Positions 29,702 through 39,774 of a stretch of 64,000 nt of DNA are shown piece by piece; the stretch's first letter is position 1; each line of letters begins with the position of its first letter. The notes below the pieces were generated by a model. It saw only the letters and a list, made by a program, of their open reading frames with translations, did not search any database and was not told the DNA's origin. This stretch comes from Candidatus Nomurabacteria bacterium (GTDB lineage Bacteria; Patescibacteriota; Minisyncoccia; Phycocordibacterales; SBAW01): positions 80,528 through 144,527 of the forward strand of contig CALREW010000001.1 of assembly GCA_943356415.1 (NCBI GenBank). The letters are read 5' to 3'. The position numbers and the translations under genes were made by a program.

Positions 29702-30303
29702 AGTATTTTGGAACGCATAAAAAAATTCTAGTCCTCCTTGGTCATCCAGACCACGATTCATTCTGCGGCGAACTCTCCGATGCGTACGCCCGTGGCGCAA
29801 CGGCGGCGGGTCACGCGGTAAAAAAAGTACATCTCAGCGACTTGGTGTTTGATGCGACCCTGCACAAAGGCTACAAAGTGATTCAAGAGCTTGAGCCAGA
29901 CTTAAAGCAACTTCAAGAAGATATACGCTGGTGCGATCATTTGGTGGTGCTGTACCCGAATTGGTGGTGCACCATGCCGGCACAGTTGAAAGGTCTCTTT
30001 GATCGCATTTGGTTGCCTGGTTTTGCCTTTCGATATCGCAAAGATGCCAACGGAAATCGAAAGCTGGGGTGGGAGAAACTGCTCAAGGGTCGTACCGGAC
30101 GAGTCATTGTTACTGCAGGATCGCACCCGTTTATGATTTGGCTTTTCTTCGGCGATTTTACGAATGAAATTTCACGAGGGATTTTAGGTTTTGCTGGTAT
30201 CCGTACTTCAATGACGCGACTTGGTCCTGCAGAAAAAATACCGGAGTGGAAAAAGGAACATTGGCGAAAAAAAATAGAGCGCATGGGTGCTCACGCACAG
30301 TAG
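29698..30303 (+). CDS. NAD(P)H-dependent oxidoreductase, flavodoxin-like (Flavodoxin_2)
   Basis: [30 protein letters not shown]. Confidence 0.9.
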   Translation: MKYFGTHKKILVLLGHPDHDSFCGELSDAYARGATAAGHAVKKVHLSDLVFDATLHKGYKVIQELEPDLKQLQEDIRWCDHLVVLYPNWWCTMPAQLKGLFDRIWLPGFAFRYRKDANGNRKLGWEKLLKGRTGRVIVTAGSHPFMIWLFFGDFTNEISRGILGFAGIRTSMTRLGPAEKIPEWKKEHWRKKIERMGAHAQ

Positions 30304-30357
30304 AGTGTAAACGCGAAAGCCGTCCCCATTGCTGGGGACGGCTCCGTAGCTGCTTCG

Positions 30358-30807
30358 TTACCTGCCTCGTACTAGGTCCTTCCGGCGTGACTCCGCCAGA
30401 TCCTTAGCCCAGGCGAGTCGATCGCACAGTATCGGGAAGCAATCGACCATCTGGTCGATGAGCTCCTGCAGTTTGTCGTAGACCATCGCGACCTCGCTGC
30501 GGTAGGGGAAGGACACCTTGCCATCGTTGTACTCAAGCAAATGTGCGCCATCCCCTTCATTCACGAAGCGAATGCTGATCTGCGCCATGCGGTTGGCTTC
30601 GACAACCCGCACCTCCCAGGGACCCCATTCGGTGGAGCCAGCTTTGACTTGGTTCATCCACTTGCCGGCGTGGTGCTTGATTTGCCAGGCAAGGTCGCCA
30701 TAAGTCAGCGAGCTCGTCAGCAGGCCGAGCGTGCGGGCGATGTCGTCCCGCATTTCGTCAAGAGACTTGGAAGCCAAGACGAGGTCGTCGCGAGTGATAA
30801 AAGCCAT
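30358..30807 (-). CDS. Hypothetical protein (GC-rich stand-alone gene)
   Basis: AGGAAGG SD, GC3-rich codons, terminator hairpin 30318-30343. Confidence 0.65.
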   Translation of the reverse strand: MAFITRDDLVLASKSLDEMRDDIARTLGLLTSSLTYGDLAWQIKHHAGKWMNQVKAGSTEWGPWEVRVVEANRMAQISIRFVNEGDGAHLLEYNDGKVSFPYRSEVAMVYDKLQELIDQMVDCFPILCDRLAWAKDLAESRRKDLVRGR

Positions 30808-30956
30808 TTTCCTTCCTCTGTCTCCAGAGGTCCTCTCGGTTTGGATGGCGGTATTGCCAGGGTTCTACCCACCTGTAAGTATACCTCATAACAACATAAA
30901 AAGCAACATGTCAATAGCTATGCAAAATAAAGCTTTTCTGTGATGATGTGGTACTC

Positions 30957-32054
30957 ATGGCCTTGTCGATAGGAATCGTCGGTCTCCCAAACGTTGGCAA
31001 GTCAACGTTATTTAACGCGCTTACCAAAAAAGCGGTTCCTGCGGAGAATTTCCCCTTTTGTACCATCGATCCTTCGGTGGGTGTGGTCGCGGTGCCCGAC
31101 GAACGCGTAGATACGTTGGCTGATTTTTCTCACTCAAAGAAACGTATTCCTGCTGCGGTTGAATTTGTCGACATTGCAGGTTTAGTGAAAGGTGCCGCGG
31201 AAGGAGAAGGTCTCGGTAATCAATTTCTCTCAAATATTCGGGAAACAGACGCTATCGCAGAAGTGGTGCGTATTTTTGATGACCCAAACATTATTCACGT
31301 AGACGGCGTTGTAGACCCTCTGCGTGATATTGAAGTTATTAATCTCGAACTTGTTCTTGCAGATCTCGACACAGTTACTAAACGTCTTGGTGGTTTGGAG
31401 AGGGATGTTAAACGGGGAGACAAAGAAGCCGTCCTTATACACGGAGCCTTAAAGAAAGTTGAGCCGGCGCTTCTCACAGGCATGCTTGCGCGGACGGTTA
31501 CGCTCACCGAAGAAGAGTTAAAACACGTAAAGCAGCTCAACTTGCTTACGATGAAGCCAATTTTGTACGTACTTAATAAACAATCGGGCGGACACAACCT
31601 CGACGAACTAAACGACGGCAGATTTGAGCGTTTGATGCAGTTTATGGAAAAAAGCGGAAGTTCCTACGTGTTGGTTGATGCTGGTGTTGAGAACGAACTG
31701 AAAGACCTTCACACAAACGACAAACTTGAGTTCCGTCGCGAGTACGGAATGTTTGATGACGGTGTTAATGCACTTATTCGTGCAGGCTACGATTTGCTTG
31801 GCCTCATGTCGTATTTTACGACCGGCGAGGATGAGACGCGCGCCTGGACGGTAAAGCGGGGAAGTACTGCGCCTGAAGCTGCAGCGGCAATACATACTGA
31901 CTTCAAAACAAAGTTTATCCGCGCGGAAGTTGTCGCCACTGACGCGCTCCTTACTGCTGGCTCCTACGCAAAAGCGCGCGAGCAGGGCTTGGTACGCACG
32001 GAAGGAAAGGAATACATCGTCAAAGATGGTGATGTTATAGAGTTTAAAATCTAA
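30957..32054 (+). CDS. ychF: Redox-regulated ATPase YchF
   Basis: GLPNVGKSTLFN, FPFCTIDP, DIAGLV, EGLGNQFL, TGS-domain end. Confidence 0.97.
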   Translation: MALSIGIVGLPNVGKSTLFNALTKKAVPAENFPFCTIDPSVGVVAVPDERVDTLADFSHSKKRIPAAVEFVDIAGLVKGAAEGEGLGNQFLSNIRETDAIAEVVRIFDDPNIIHVDGVVDPLRDIEVINLELVLADLDTVTKRLGGLERDVKRGDKEAVLIHGALKKVEPALLTGMLARTVTLTEEELKHVKQLNLLTMKPILYVLNKQSGGHNLDELNDGRFERLMQFMEKSGSSYVLVDAGVENELKDLHTNDKLEFRREYGMFDDGVNALIRAGYDLLGLMSYFTTGEDETRAWTVKRGSTAPEAAAAIHTDFKTKFIRAEVVATDALLTAGSYAKAREQGLVRTEGKEYIVKDGDVIEFKI

Positions 32055-32115
32055 AACCGTCCTTACAGAGCCGCTCTGCTATACTGTTGGTACGTTTACC
32101 AGTAGCCCTCTTTAT

Positions 32116-33081
32116 ATGAATTCAACCGCAACCCACGCCAAAGCTTCTCCTAAGGATTTCTTTCTATGGGCGGGTGCGATGGTTTCGCTCTATGGAGGTG
32201 TTGTTGCTCTTATCACCCTTCTCTTCCAGTACATCAACTACGCGTACCCGGACCCACTTTTAAACGCGTATCAGTATAGTGACCCGTATAGCGGTTCGGT
32301 TCGCTTTGCGATGGCCTCACTTATTGTGCTCACGCCAATCTTTTTGGTTTTGATGCGCCTTATCCGTAACGACATCACCAAAGACGCAACACGCGCCGAT
32401 ATTTGGGTACGTCGATGGGCACTGTACCTAACGTTGTTTATTGCAGGAGCGACGATGGCCGGAGACCTTATTACGTTGGTTAACTATTTCCTTGACGGTG
32501 ATGTGACCATGCGTTTCGTGCTTAAGGTTGTGGTTGTCTTGCTTGTTGCGGGCGCTGGTTTCCTTCATTTCCTTGCGGACCTGCGCGGCTACTGGGTGAA
32601 GTACTCAGGTCGGGCTAATGCTGTGGGGTACGCCGCGTTTGTCCTTGTAATTGCAGCCATCGCCTCAGGTTTCCTCATCATTGGCTCGCCAGCTCAAGCG
32701 CGACTGTATCGTTTTGACCTGCAAAAGACAAACGATCTCTCAAACATTCAGTACCAAGTGGTCAATTACTGGCAGCAAAAGCAGGCGTTGCCTACAAATC
32801 TGGGTGAACTTACCGATTCCATTTCCGGATTTACGGCTCCTAAAGATGCGCAAACGGGAGTTGATTATGGCTACCGCGTTACCGGACCGATGTCCTTTGA
32901 TGTCTGTGCGGTATTTAACCTACAGAGTCGAGGTACCGACGCAAGCTACAGTGATCCGTCAATTGCTCGTAACGTGGGCGGTGATACGTGGCAGCATGGT
33001 GCAGGACAGACTTGTTTTGAGCGAACGGTTGATCCCGAGCGATATCCTCCCTTCCCAAAACCAGTGCTCGGGGGTAAGTAA
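32116..33081 (+). CDS. Conserved membrane protein (DUF5671-like)
   Basis: PKDFFL, TM helices, GSPAQAR..RFD, WQHGAGQTCFER. Confidence 0.7.
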   Translation: MNSTATHAKASPKDFFLWAGAMVSLYGGVVALITLLFQYINYAYPDPLLNAYQYSDPYSGSVRFAMASLIVLTPIFLVLMRLIRNDITKDATRADIWVRRWALYLTLFIAGATMAGDLITLVNYFLDGDVTMRFVLKVVVVLLVAGAGFLHFLADLRGYWVKYSGRANAVGYAAFVLVIAAIASGFLIIGSPAQARLYRFDLQKTNDLSNIQYQVVNYWQQKQALPTNLGELTDSISGFTAPKDAQTGVDYGYRVTGPMSFDVCAVFNLQSRGTDASYSDPSIARNVGGDTWQHGAGQTCFERTVDPERYPPFPKPVLGGK

Positions 33082-33146
33082 TAGTTGCTTTGTAGCCCGC
33101 TCTGGCAGTTTTGCCAGAGCGGCGTTACATTCAATGGGTCAAAAAG

Positions 33147-36140
33147 ATGGCTATCTACGATCATAAGAGAATAGAGAAGAAGTGGCAGGAGAAGTGGCTG
33201 CGCGAAAACGCGTTTCAGGCTGACGATGCGTCCACAAAAGAGAAGAAGTACGTGCTCGACATGTACCCCTATCCGTCCGGCTCAGGTCTCCATGTGGGGC
33301 ACGTAGAGGGCTACACGGCCACTGACATCTATAGTCGGTACCTACGCATGAAAGGTTTCGAAGTGCTCCATCCGATGGGATGGGATGCGTTCGGCCTTCC
33401 TGCAGAAAATTACGCCATCAAGACTAACGTTCCTCCCGCAAAAACGACTGAGGAGGCGATACAGACCTTTACTTCACAAATAAACAGCCTAGGTCTCTCC
33501 TACGACTGGTCGCGTGAAATTGGTACGCACCGTCCGGATTACTACAAATGGACGCAGTGGCTTTTCTTGCTGCTCTATAAAAACGGTCTTGCGTACAAAC
33601 AGAAAGCAAAGGTTAATTGGTGCCCCAAAGACCAAACGGTTCTTGCGAACGAGCAGGTTGTCGATGGTAACTGCGAGCGGTGCGGAACGGGTGTAATACA
33701 AAAAGATCTTGAGCAGTGGTTTTTCCGTATTACTAAATTTGCCGAGGAATTACTCGCCGACCTCGAGCATGTTAATTGGCCTGAATCAACTAAGGCAGCG
33801 CAACGCAACTGGATAGGAAAAAGCGAAGGCGCGGAGATTGATTTTGTTATCGCTGGCACAGACGAGAAGATACGCGTTTTTACCACCCGCCCCGATACGC
33901 TCTATGGAGCAACATACCTGGTGCTTGCTCCTGAGCATCCACGTATTGATGTGCTTTCTGCACATATCACAAACCTTGATGCCGTTGCTGCGTATCGTGC
34001 ACAAACTGCGACAAAAACTGAGCTCGAGCGCACCGCGCTTGCCAAAGAAAAGACTGGCGTGCAGCTTGAAGGTATTGCCGCTATAAACCCCGCCACAAAA
34101 GAACAAATTCCGGTTTTTATAGCTGACTACGTTCTTTCTCAATACGGTACAGGCGCCATTATGGCGGTGCCTGCGCATGACGAGCGTGATGCTGACTTTG
34201 CCAAAGCGTTTAACTTGCCAGTGAAGCGTGTTGTCGACGAGAAGAAGTATTTTATATTCGACTTCGACGGTGTGCTCGGCGACACCTTTGAAGCAGCGCT
34301 TGCAGCTCATGTAGCAATGGGACACTCGCCGGATCTTGAAGCAGCGCGCGAAGCGGTATTGAAGTATGCGCACAACAAACCTCGCCACACGCGCGACGCA
34401 AACCCGTCTCCTGAAGTACTTGCTGAAGAGCGAGCGTGGACTGCGCGGTTTGGTACCGCAATGTTACAGAGTGACTGGAAACTTTTCGACGAGTTTATTC
34501 GCGAAGTTGAGAAGATACCCAACACACAGATTGCAATTGTTTCCAGCGGCTCGGAGCTCTATGTAAAACCTGCGTCGGAGAAAACACGCCTTAACCCAAC
34601 GCACGTTATGGCATTTGAGACGAGTCATTCAAAAGAAGAGAAAATCGAAACGATTTGCCGTGACTGGGGCATAGATCCAAAGCAAGCGTATTACTTTACC
34701 GATTCAAAAGCCGACGTATACGAACTTAAGGGTATGTTTCCTGAGGGGAAACTCATTGGCTGTGCCTGGGGCTTTGTTGGGAAAGAAGCACTCGAGGAAG
34801 TCCTTCCGCGTTCGTCAGTACTTGAGAACTATGCGGACATACATACGCTTTTCATGGGTCTCCATACTGGCGATGGATTGCTTATCAATTCGGGCGATTT
34901 TACTGGCGCATCTTCGGCTGCAGCAAAACGCACCATTACTGAATCGGTCGGCGGCGTTATGAAGACGACTTATCGTCTACGCGATTGGCTTATTTCCCGC
35001 CAGCGCTATTGGGGCGCCCCGATACCGATGGTGTATGACCCGGAAGGCAATTTGCATCCGGTACCGGAGGAACACTTGCCCTGGGCTTTGCCTACTGATG
35101 TTGAGTTCAAGCCAACAGGGGAATCCCCAATGGCAAAATCGAAAGAGCTACGCGAACGGGTAGAAAAACTATTCGGTCCTGGATGGACTCCAGACGTGGA
35201 CACGATGGATACCTTCGTGTGTTCGTCATGGTACTTCTTCCGTTTTGCGGACCCACACAACGCGGAAGTTTTCGCTGATAAAGAAAAAATGAAGCGCTGG
35301 CTGCCGGTTGACCTGTATGTCGGCGGGGCAGAACATACCGTTCTCCACCTTCTCTACGCCAGATTTTTTACCAAAGCACTGCAATCCCTAGGCTTCATAG
35401 ATTTCGTCGAACCCTTCACCATGTTGAGGCATCCAGGAACCATCCTCGCTGAAGATGGGCGAAAGATGAGCAAGTCACTCGGTAATGTGGTTAATCCGAC
35501 CGATGTCGTTGATGAGTACGGTGCCGACTCGTTGCGCTTGTACGAAATGTTTATGGGCCCGCTCGATGTCGCAAAGCCGTGGAATACCCGCAACATACTC
35601 GGCGTGCGTCGATTCCTTGAAAAGATAATTGCGCTTGCGTCGCGCGTTGCAGATGCAGAAGCGGATGAACCGACCGAATCGTTGATGCATCAAAGCATCG
35701 AGTCGGTAACCGCTGATATTGAGGCGCTGAAGTTCAATACGGCAATAAGCCAGTTGATGATTTTCGCCAATAAGCTTGGCGAATACAAAGAGGTGCCGCG
35801 GCACGCCTTCGAGACGCTTCTGGTGTTACTTTCGCCATTAGCCCCTCATCTCACACATGAACTCTGGGAGCAAACCGGCCACGCAGACGATATCAGGCTC
35901 TCCTCATGGCCGGTGGCAGACCAAACAAAGCTCTCAAAGGCGTCAGTGACTGTTGGAGTGCAGGTAAATGGAAAAGTGCGCGGTTCAGTCACGCTTTCTG
36001 CAGAAGCCACGCAAGAGGAAGCGCTTGCCGCAGCACGCGCACACGAGGGTGTTTCAAAATGGCTCGCCCTGGGCAGGGAAGTGAAGGCGGTCTACGTACC
36101 GGGCCGGATTATCAGCTTTGTGGTCGAATCGGCAGTATAG
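33147..36140 (+). CDS. leuS: Leucine--tRNA ligase with inserted HAD-like domain
   Basis: MYPYPSG..HVGH, FTTRPDT, GTGAIMAVPAHD, KMSKS. Confidence 0.96.
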   Translation: MAIYDHKRIEKKWQEKWLRENAFQADDASTKEKKYVLDMYPYPSGSGLHVGHVEGYTATDIYSRYLRMKGFEVLHPMGWDAFGLPAENYAIKTNVPPAKTTEEAIQTFTSQINSLGLSYDWSREIGTHRPDYYKWTQWLFLLLYKNGLAYKQKAKVNWCPKDQTVLANEQVVDGNCERCGTGVIQKDLEQWFFRITKFAEELLADLEHVNWPESTKAAQRNWIGKSEGAEIDFVIAGTDEKIRVFTTRPDTLYGATYLVLAPEHPRIDVLSAHITNLDAVAAYRAQTATKTELERTALAKEKTGVQLEGIAAINPATKEQIPVFIADYVLSQYGTGAIMAVPAHDERDADFAKAFNLPVKRVVDEKKYFIFDFDGVLGDTFEAALAAHVAMGHSPDLEAAREAVLKYAHNKPRHTRDANPSPEVLAEERAWTARFGTAMLQSDWKLFDEFIREVEKIPNTQIAIVSSGSELYVKPASEKTRLNPTHVMAFETSHSKEEKIETICRDWGIDPKQAYYFTDSKADVYELKGMFPEGKLIGCAWGFVGKEALEEVLPRSSVLENYADIHTLFMGLHTGDGLLINSGDFTGASSAAAKRTITESVGGVMKTTYRLRDWLISRQRYWGAPIPMVYDPEGNLHPVPEEHLPWALPTDVEFKPTGESPMAKSKELRERVEKLFGPGWTPDVDTMDTFVCSSWYFFRFADPHNAEVFADKEKMKRWLPVDLYVGGAEHTVLHLLYARFFTKALQSLGFIDFVEPFTMLRHPGTILAEDGRKMSKSLGNVVNPTDVVDEYGADSLRLYEMFMGPLDVAKPWNTRNILGVRRFLEKIIALASRVADAEADEPTESLMHQSIESVTADIEALKFNTAISQLMIFANKLGEYKEVPRHAFETLLVLLSPLAPHLTHELWEQTGHADDIRLSSWPVADQTKLSKASVTVGVQVNGKVRGSVTLSAEATQEEALAAARAHEGVSKWLALGREVKAVYVPGRIISFVVESAV

Positions 36141-36232
36141 CCTGTGACCCTGTGGAAAAGTCGGGTTCCGCATGGGTGGTTAATTTGACCTTGTAAAAAG
36201 GGCGTGATATAACGAGAACGTTACTACACCAT

Positions 36233-37264
36233 ATGAAAACGGTTGCCTTCAAGCCAAAAGCAGTGGTCAAAAAGCTCCTCCAAGCCCTTCCCGAACGCTC
36301 ACGCGTTTTCGTTGAGGCTCGTTTTGGTTTGGGTGCTAAGGCAGAACGCATGACGCTTGAAGCTATCGGTACCCGCTACGGAATCACACGTGAGCGTGTC
36401 CGTCAGATTGAAAACCACGCCATTGCGACTCTCCGCAAGGCTCCTGCATTCTCTGAGGCAAAAGAGGCATTTGACGACTTAGAGCGAATCATTGATTCAC
36501 TCGGGGGCATTGTGTGCGAAGACGATCTTCTTGATTTTGTGACCAACGACGAGAGTCTCCAGAATCACATTTACTTCCTTTTGGTTTTAGGAGATCCCTT
36601 CAAATATCGCAAAGAAGACGGTGAGGCAAAGCGCTGCTGGTTTGTTGACGCTGCCCTTGCCGCCAAGGTTGAAAGCGCACTCAAGCGCCTTTACAGCAAT
36701 CTTGCTGACGATGACCTCATTCCTGAAGCTGAAATGGTTGATCGTTTCCTTCTGGAACTCAAGGATTTGTCTGAAAAGTATCGAAACGAAGAGATTGCGA
36801 AGCGCTGGCTAAAAATCAGCAAGACCATTGGCCGCAACCCGCTCGGCGAATGGGGTCCGGCACGTTCAAGCAATGTTAAGACAAAAGGCGTTCGCGATTA
36901 CGCCTACCTCGCCGTGAAGCGTCATGGTTCGCCGCTTCACTTTGCTGAAGTGGCAAAACTTATCGGCAAGCTTTTTGACCGCACCGCGCATGTTGCCACC
37001 ACCCACAACGAGCTCATCAAAGACGAGCGTTTTGTCCTTGTCGGACGCGGTATCTACGCACTTAAGGAGTGGGGATATGCTCAGGGAGTCGTTCGCGACG
37101 TCATCAAAGACATCATTAAGGCAAATGGCCCGCTGACACGTGAGGAAATCGTTGAAAAAGTACTCAAAGAGCGTCATGTGAAGGAAAACACCATCCTCGT
37201 AAACTTGCAGAACCAAAAGTTTTTCAAAAAGGGCAAAGACGCAAAGTACGCACTCGCAAAATAA
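36233..37264 (+). CDS. Sigma70 region-4-like + HARE-HTH (RNAP delta-like) protein
   Basis: TLEAIG.RYGITRERVRQIE; PLHFAEV...THNELIKDERFVLVGRGIYALKEW; promoter TTGACC-17-TATAAC at 36185-36213; terminator 37270-37298. Confidence 0.8.
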   Translation: MKTVAFKPKAVVKKLLQALPERSRVFVEARFGLGAKAERMTLEAIGTRYGITRERVRQIENHAIATLRKAPAFSEAKEAFDDLERIIDSLGGIVCEDDLLDFVTNDESLQNHIYFLLVLGDPFKYRKEDGEAKRCWFVDAALAAKVESALKRLYSNLADDDLIPEAEMVDRFLLELKDLSEKYRNEEIAKRWLKISKTIGRNPLGEWGPARSSNVKTKGVRDYAYLAVKRHGSPLHFAEVAKLIGKLFDRTAHVATTHNELIKDERFVLVGRGIYALKEWGYAQGVVRDVIKDIIKANGPLTREEIVEKVLKERHVKENTILVNLQNQKFFKKGKDAKYALAK

Positions 37265-37349
37265 AGACCTGAAAAATCCCCGGTGCGGGGATTTTTCAAT
37301 TACCCTGGTACGTGAATGCTATACTTTAGAGTACGTTCGGCTATAGAAA

Positions 37350-38729
37350 ATGGCAGGAAAAAAAGGAAAAGGCTTTAGCCTCGGCGGTCTCTACAGTTGG
37401 ATAACTGGAAACATGGACAGTTTCGGACTCACTGATTTTTCCGCAGTGGTGGCGTTGCTGCTCATTGCCTATCGAGGGACGCAAGATCCTGAGACCTTTT
37501 GGCAGATGGGTGCTTTTTTCCTCGCCCCTCTACCGTTAGTACTTCCAGTCCTTTTGTACAAATTGTGGTGGCATGGCTGGATGGAGTACATCCAAGAAGA
37601 TAAATACTGGAATAGGCGCGAATACGCAGTTCTTGAAGTTAAGTTGCCTGAAGAAATTACGCAGTCACCGTACGCGATGGAACTTTTTCTCCGTTCGCTT
37701 TATCAAACGGGGGAAATTGACACACCAATCGATCAATATTGGAAAGGTCACGTCAAACCTTTTTTCTCGCTTGAACTTGTTTCAACGGAAGGAGCGGTTC
37801 GCTTTTATATCTGGACATGGAAGCAGTTCAAAAACTTTGTTGAAAGCCAAATTTACGCACATTATCCGACAGTACAGGTTTACGAAGTCCCCGACTATAC
37901 GCTTTCGGTGCCGTACAACGCCTACGATAAAAATTGCGAATTTGATATGTGGTGTATCGAGCAGGAGCTTCAAAAACCTGATCCGTATCCTATAGCTACC
38001 TACGTATCAACGGAACAAGCAAAGCAGGACCTCGATGAGGAATTTAAACACGACCAAATGTCCTCACTTTTGGAGTTTTTCTCCATCATGAAAGCAGGGG
38101 AGCATGCGTGGATGCAAATTATCATCCGTGGACATACGGTGTGCCCTCAAGCAACTGATAAAGGACCAGGGCACCCTATCTCTATTACTGAGTGGGTTGA
38201 AGTTGAGCGCAACAAAATACTCGCACTTACCATTGATGATCCAAAAGACGACAAGCAGAAAGCAAACTTCCAACGTCTCCCAGAAGGTTTGCGTACGGAG
38301 GTTAAGGCGATGGAGTTAAAGCCGCACAAACAAATGTTTGATGTCGGTATCCGCATGATTTACCTCTATAGAAACGACGATCCATCGTTAGGAAAACAAA
38401 AGGTGGGTTTCCCAACGGCGCTGCGCGTGTATGAACACGGCTCGCAAGGCCGCGGACTTAACGGTTTTAAGCCGGTATTCGTTATCGGCCCATTTGACTA
38501 CCCGTGGCAAGACTATTTTGGCATTCGTCGTCGTTTCCTTAAACAGCAGATGTACGACGGGTATGTGCAGCGACAGTACTTCTTTCCACCCATTGGTCGC
38601 AAATGGATAGCGCTTAACGTTGAAGAAATCGCTTCCGTCTATCACTTCCCAGGCAAGGTTGTTCAAACGCCGACCTTGCAGCGTATGCCAAGTAAGCGCG
38701 GCGATGCGCCAGCCAATCTCCCCACATGA
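37350..38729 (+). CDS. Conserved hypothetical membrane-anchored protein
   Basis: 459-aa ORF, N-terminal TM, FSLELVS, YAHYP, EEIASVYHFP. Confidence 0.75.
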   Translation: MAGKKGKGFSLGGLYSWITGNMDSFGLTDFSAVVALLLIAYRGTQDPETFWQMGAFFLAPLPLVLPVLLYKLWWHGWMEYIQEDKYWNRREYAVLEVKLPEEITQSPYAMELFLRSLYQTGEIDTPIDQYWKGHVKPFFSLELVSTEGAVRFYIWTWKQFKNFVESQIYAHYPTVQVYEVPDYTLSVPYNAYDKNCEFDMWCIEQELQKPDPYPIATYVSTEQAKQDLDEEFKHDQMSSLLEFFSIMKAGEHAWMQIIIRGHTVCPQATDKGPGHPISITEWVEVERNKILALTIDDPKDDKQKANFQRLPEGLRTEVKAMELKPHKQMFDVGIRMIYLYRNDDPSLGKQKVGFPTALRVYEHGSQGRGLNGFKPVFVIGPFDYPWQDYFGIRRRFLKQQMYDGYVQRQYFFPPIGRKWIALNVEEIASVYHFPGKVVQTPTLQRMPSKRGDAPANLPT

Positions 38730-39736
38730 CGGAGCCCCAAGCGCCGCGAACGGGCCGCGCCTTGCTTTTGGAACGTTTGCAGACACACCGCACTTTTTTG
38801 CGGGTGATTCCGCTTATGGTGCTTGTCGGGGTACTGCTCGGCTCGTTGTGGGTGGCACTGGTCGCAGCTCCTCACTCCTTTAGCGCGCCACGCATCGTAA
38901 AAATTGAAGAGGGGGTGGGTGTTCGCGAAGCCGCCAATATGCTTAAAGCAAATAACGTAATCCGTCGGGCGGATATTTTTGTTGTAGCGACGCTTGCGCT
39001 TGGCGGAGAAACAAAATTAATCGCTGGCGATTACTATTTCGCAGGACCGCAAAATGCATTGACTATTGCCAGTCGCATGACGCGAGGTGATTACGAACTT
39101 GATCCTGTTCGGGTCACCCTCCCAGAAGGGGCGACCGTGCGCGACATGGCGTTGCTGTTGTCGCAGAAACTTGTGTACTTCGATAGCCAGTCATTTATTG
39201 CACTGGCTGACGGAAAAGAAGGGTATCTTTTCCCCGACACGTATTACTTCCTGCCGACGGCGAGTGCCGACTTAATTGTGCGAACGCTGGAGAATAATTT
39301 CTACCGCCGAACCGAAGGATTGCAAGCCTCGATTGAATCCTCTGGACATACATTGCACGACATTGTGACTATGGCGTCACTTCTTGAAGAGGAGGCACGT
39401 ACGTTGCCCACGCGTAAAATGATTTCAGGCATCCTTTGGAAGCGTATTGCACTTGGAATGAAACTCCAGGTTGATGCGGTGTTTCCGTACATTATTGGGA
39501 AAAATACGTTCCAGGTAACCAAAAAGGATTTGATGGTTGATTCGCCTTATAACACATACCTACACAAGGGACTTCCTATCGGACCCATCAGCAATCCAGG
39601 ACTTTCAGCACTTGAAGCCGCCGTAAAGCCGACGCCATCGGCATATCTTTTCTATCTCGCAGACATGCAAGGCGTGACGCACTACAGCAAGACGTACGCT
39701 GAACACCTTCGTAAACAGCACCTCTACCTCAAGTAG
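38726..39736 (+). CDS. mltG: Endolytic transglycosylase MltG
   Basis: EGYLFPDTY, ASLLEEE, LQVDA, SPYNTY..GLPIGPISNPG. Confidence 0.93.
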   Translation: MTEPQAPRTGRALLLERLQTHRTFLRVIPLMVLVGVLLGSLWVALVAAPHSFSAPRIVKIEEGVGVREAANMLKANNVIRRADIFVVATLALGGETKLIAGDYYFAGPQNALTIASRMTRGDYELDPVRVTLPEGATVRDMALLLSQKLVYFDSQSFIALADGKEGYLFPDTYYFLPTASADLIVRTLENNFYRRTEGLQASIESSGHTLHDIVTMASLLEEEARTLPTRKMISGILWKRIALGMKLQVDAVFPYIIGKNTFQVTKKDLMVDSPYNTYLHKGLPIGPISNPGLSALEAAVKPTPSAYLFYLADMQGVTHYSKTYAEHLRKQHLYLK

Positions 39737-39774
39737 TAGTTGCGCTCGACTCGTGGCTACGGTTTAGTGCAGCT

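Noticed and set aside
33082-33146. T-box leaders before leuS or alaS
   Set aside because: Intergenic spaces are too short and lack the T-box motif.
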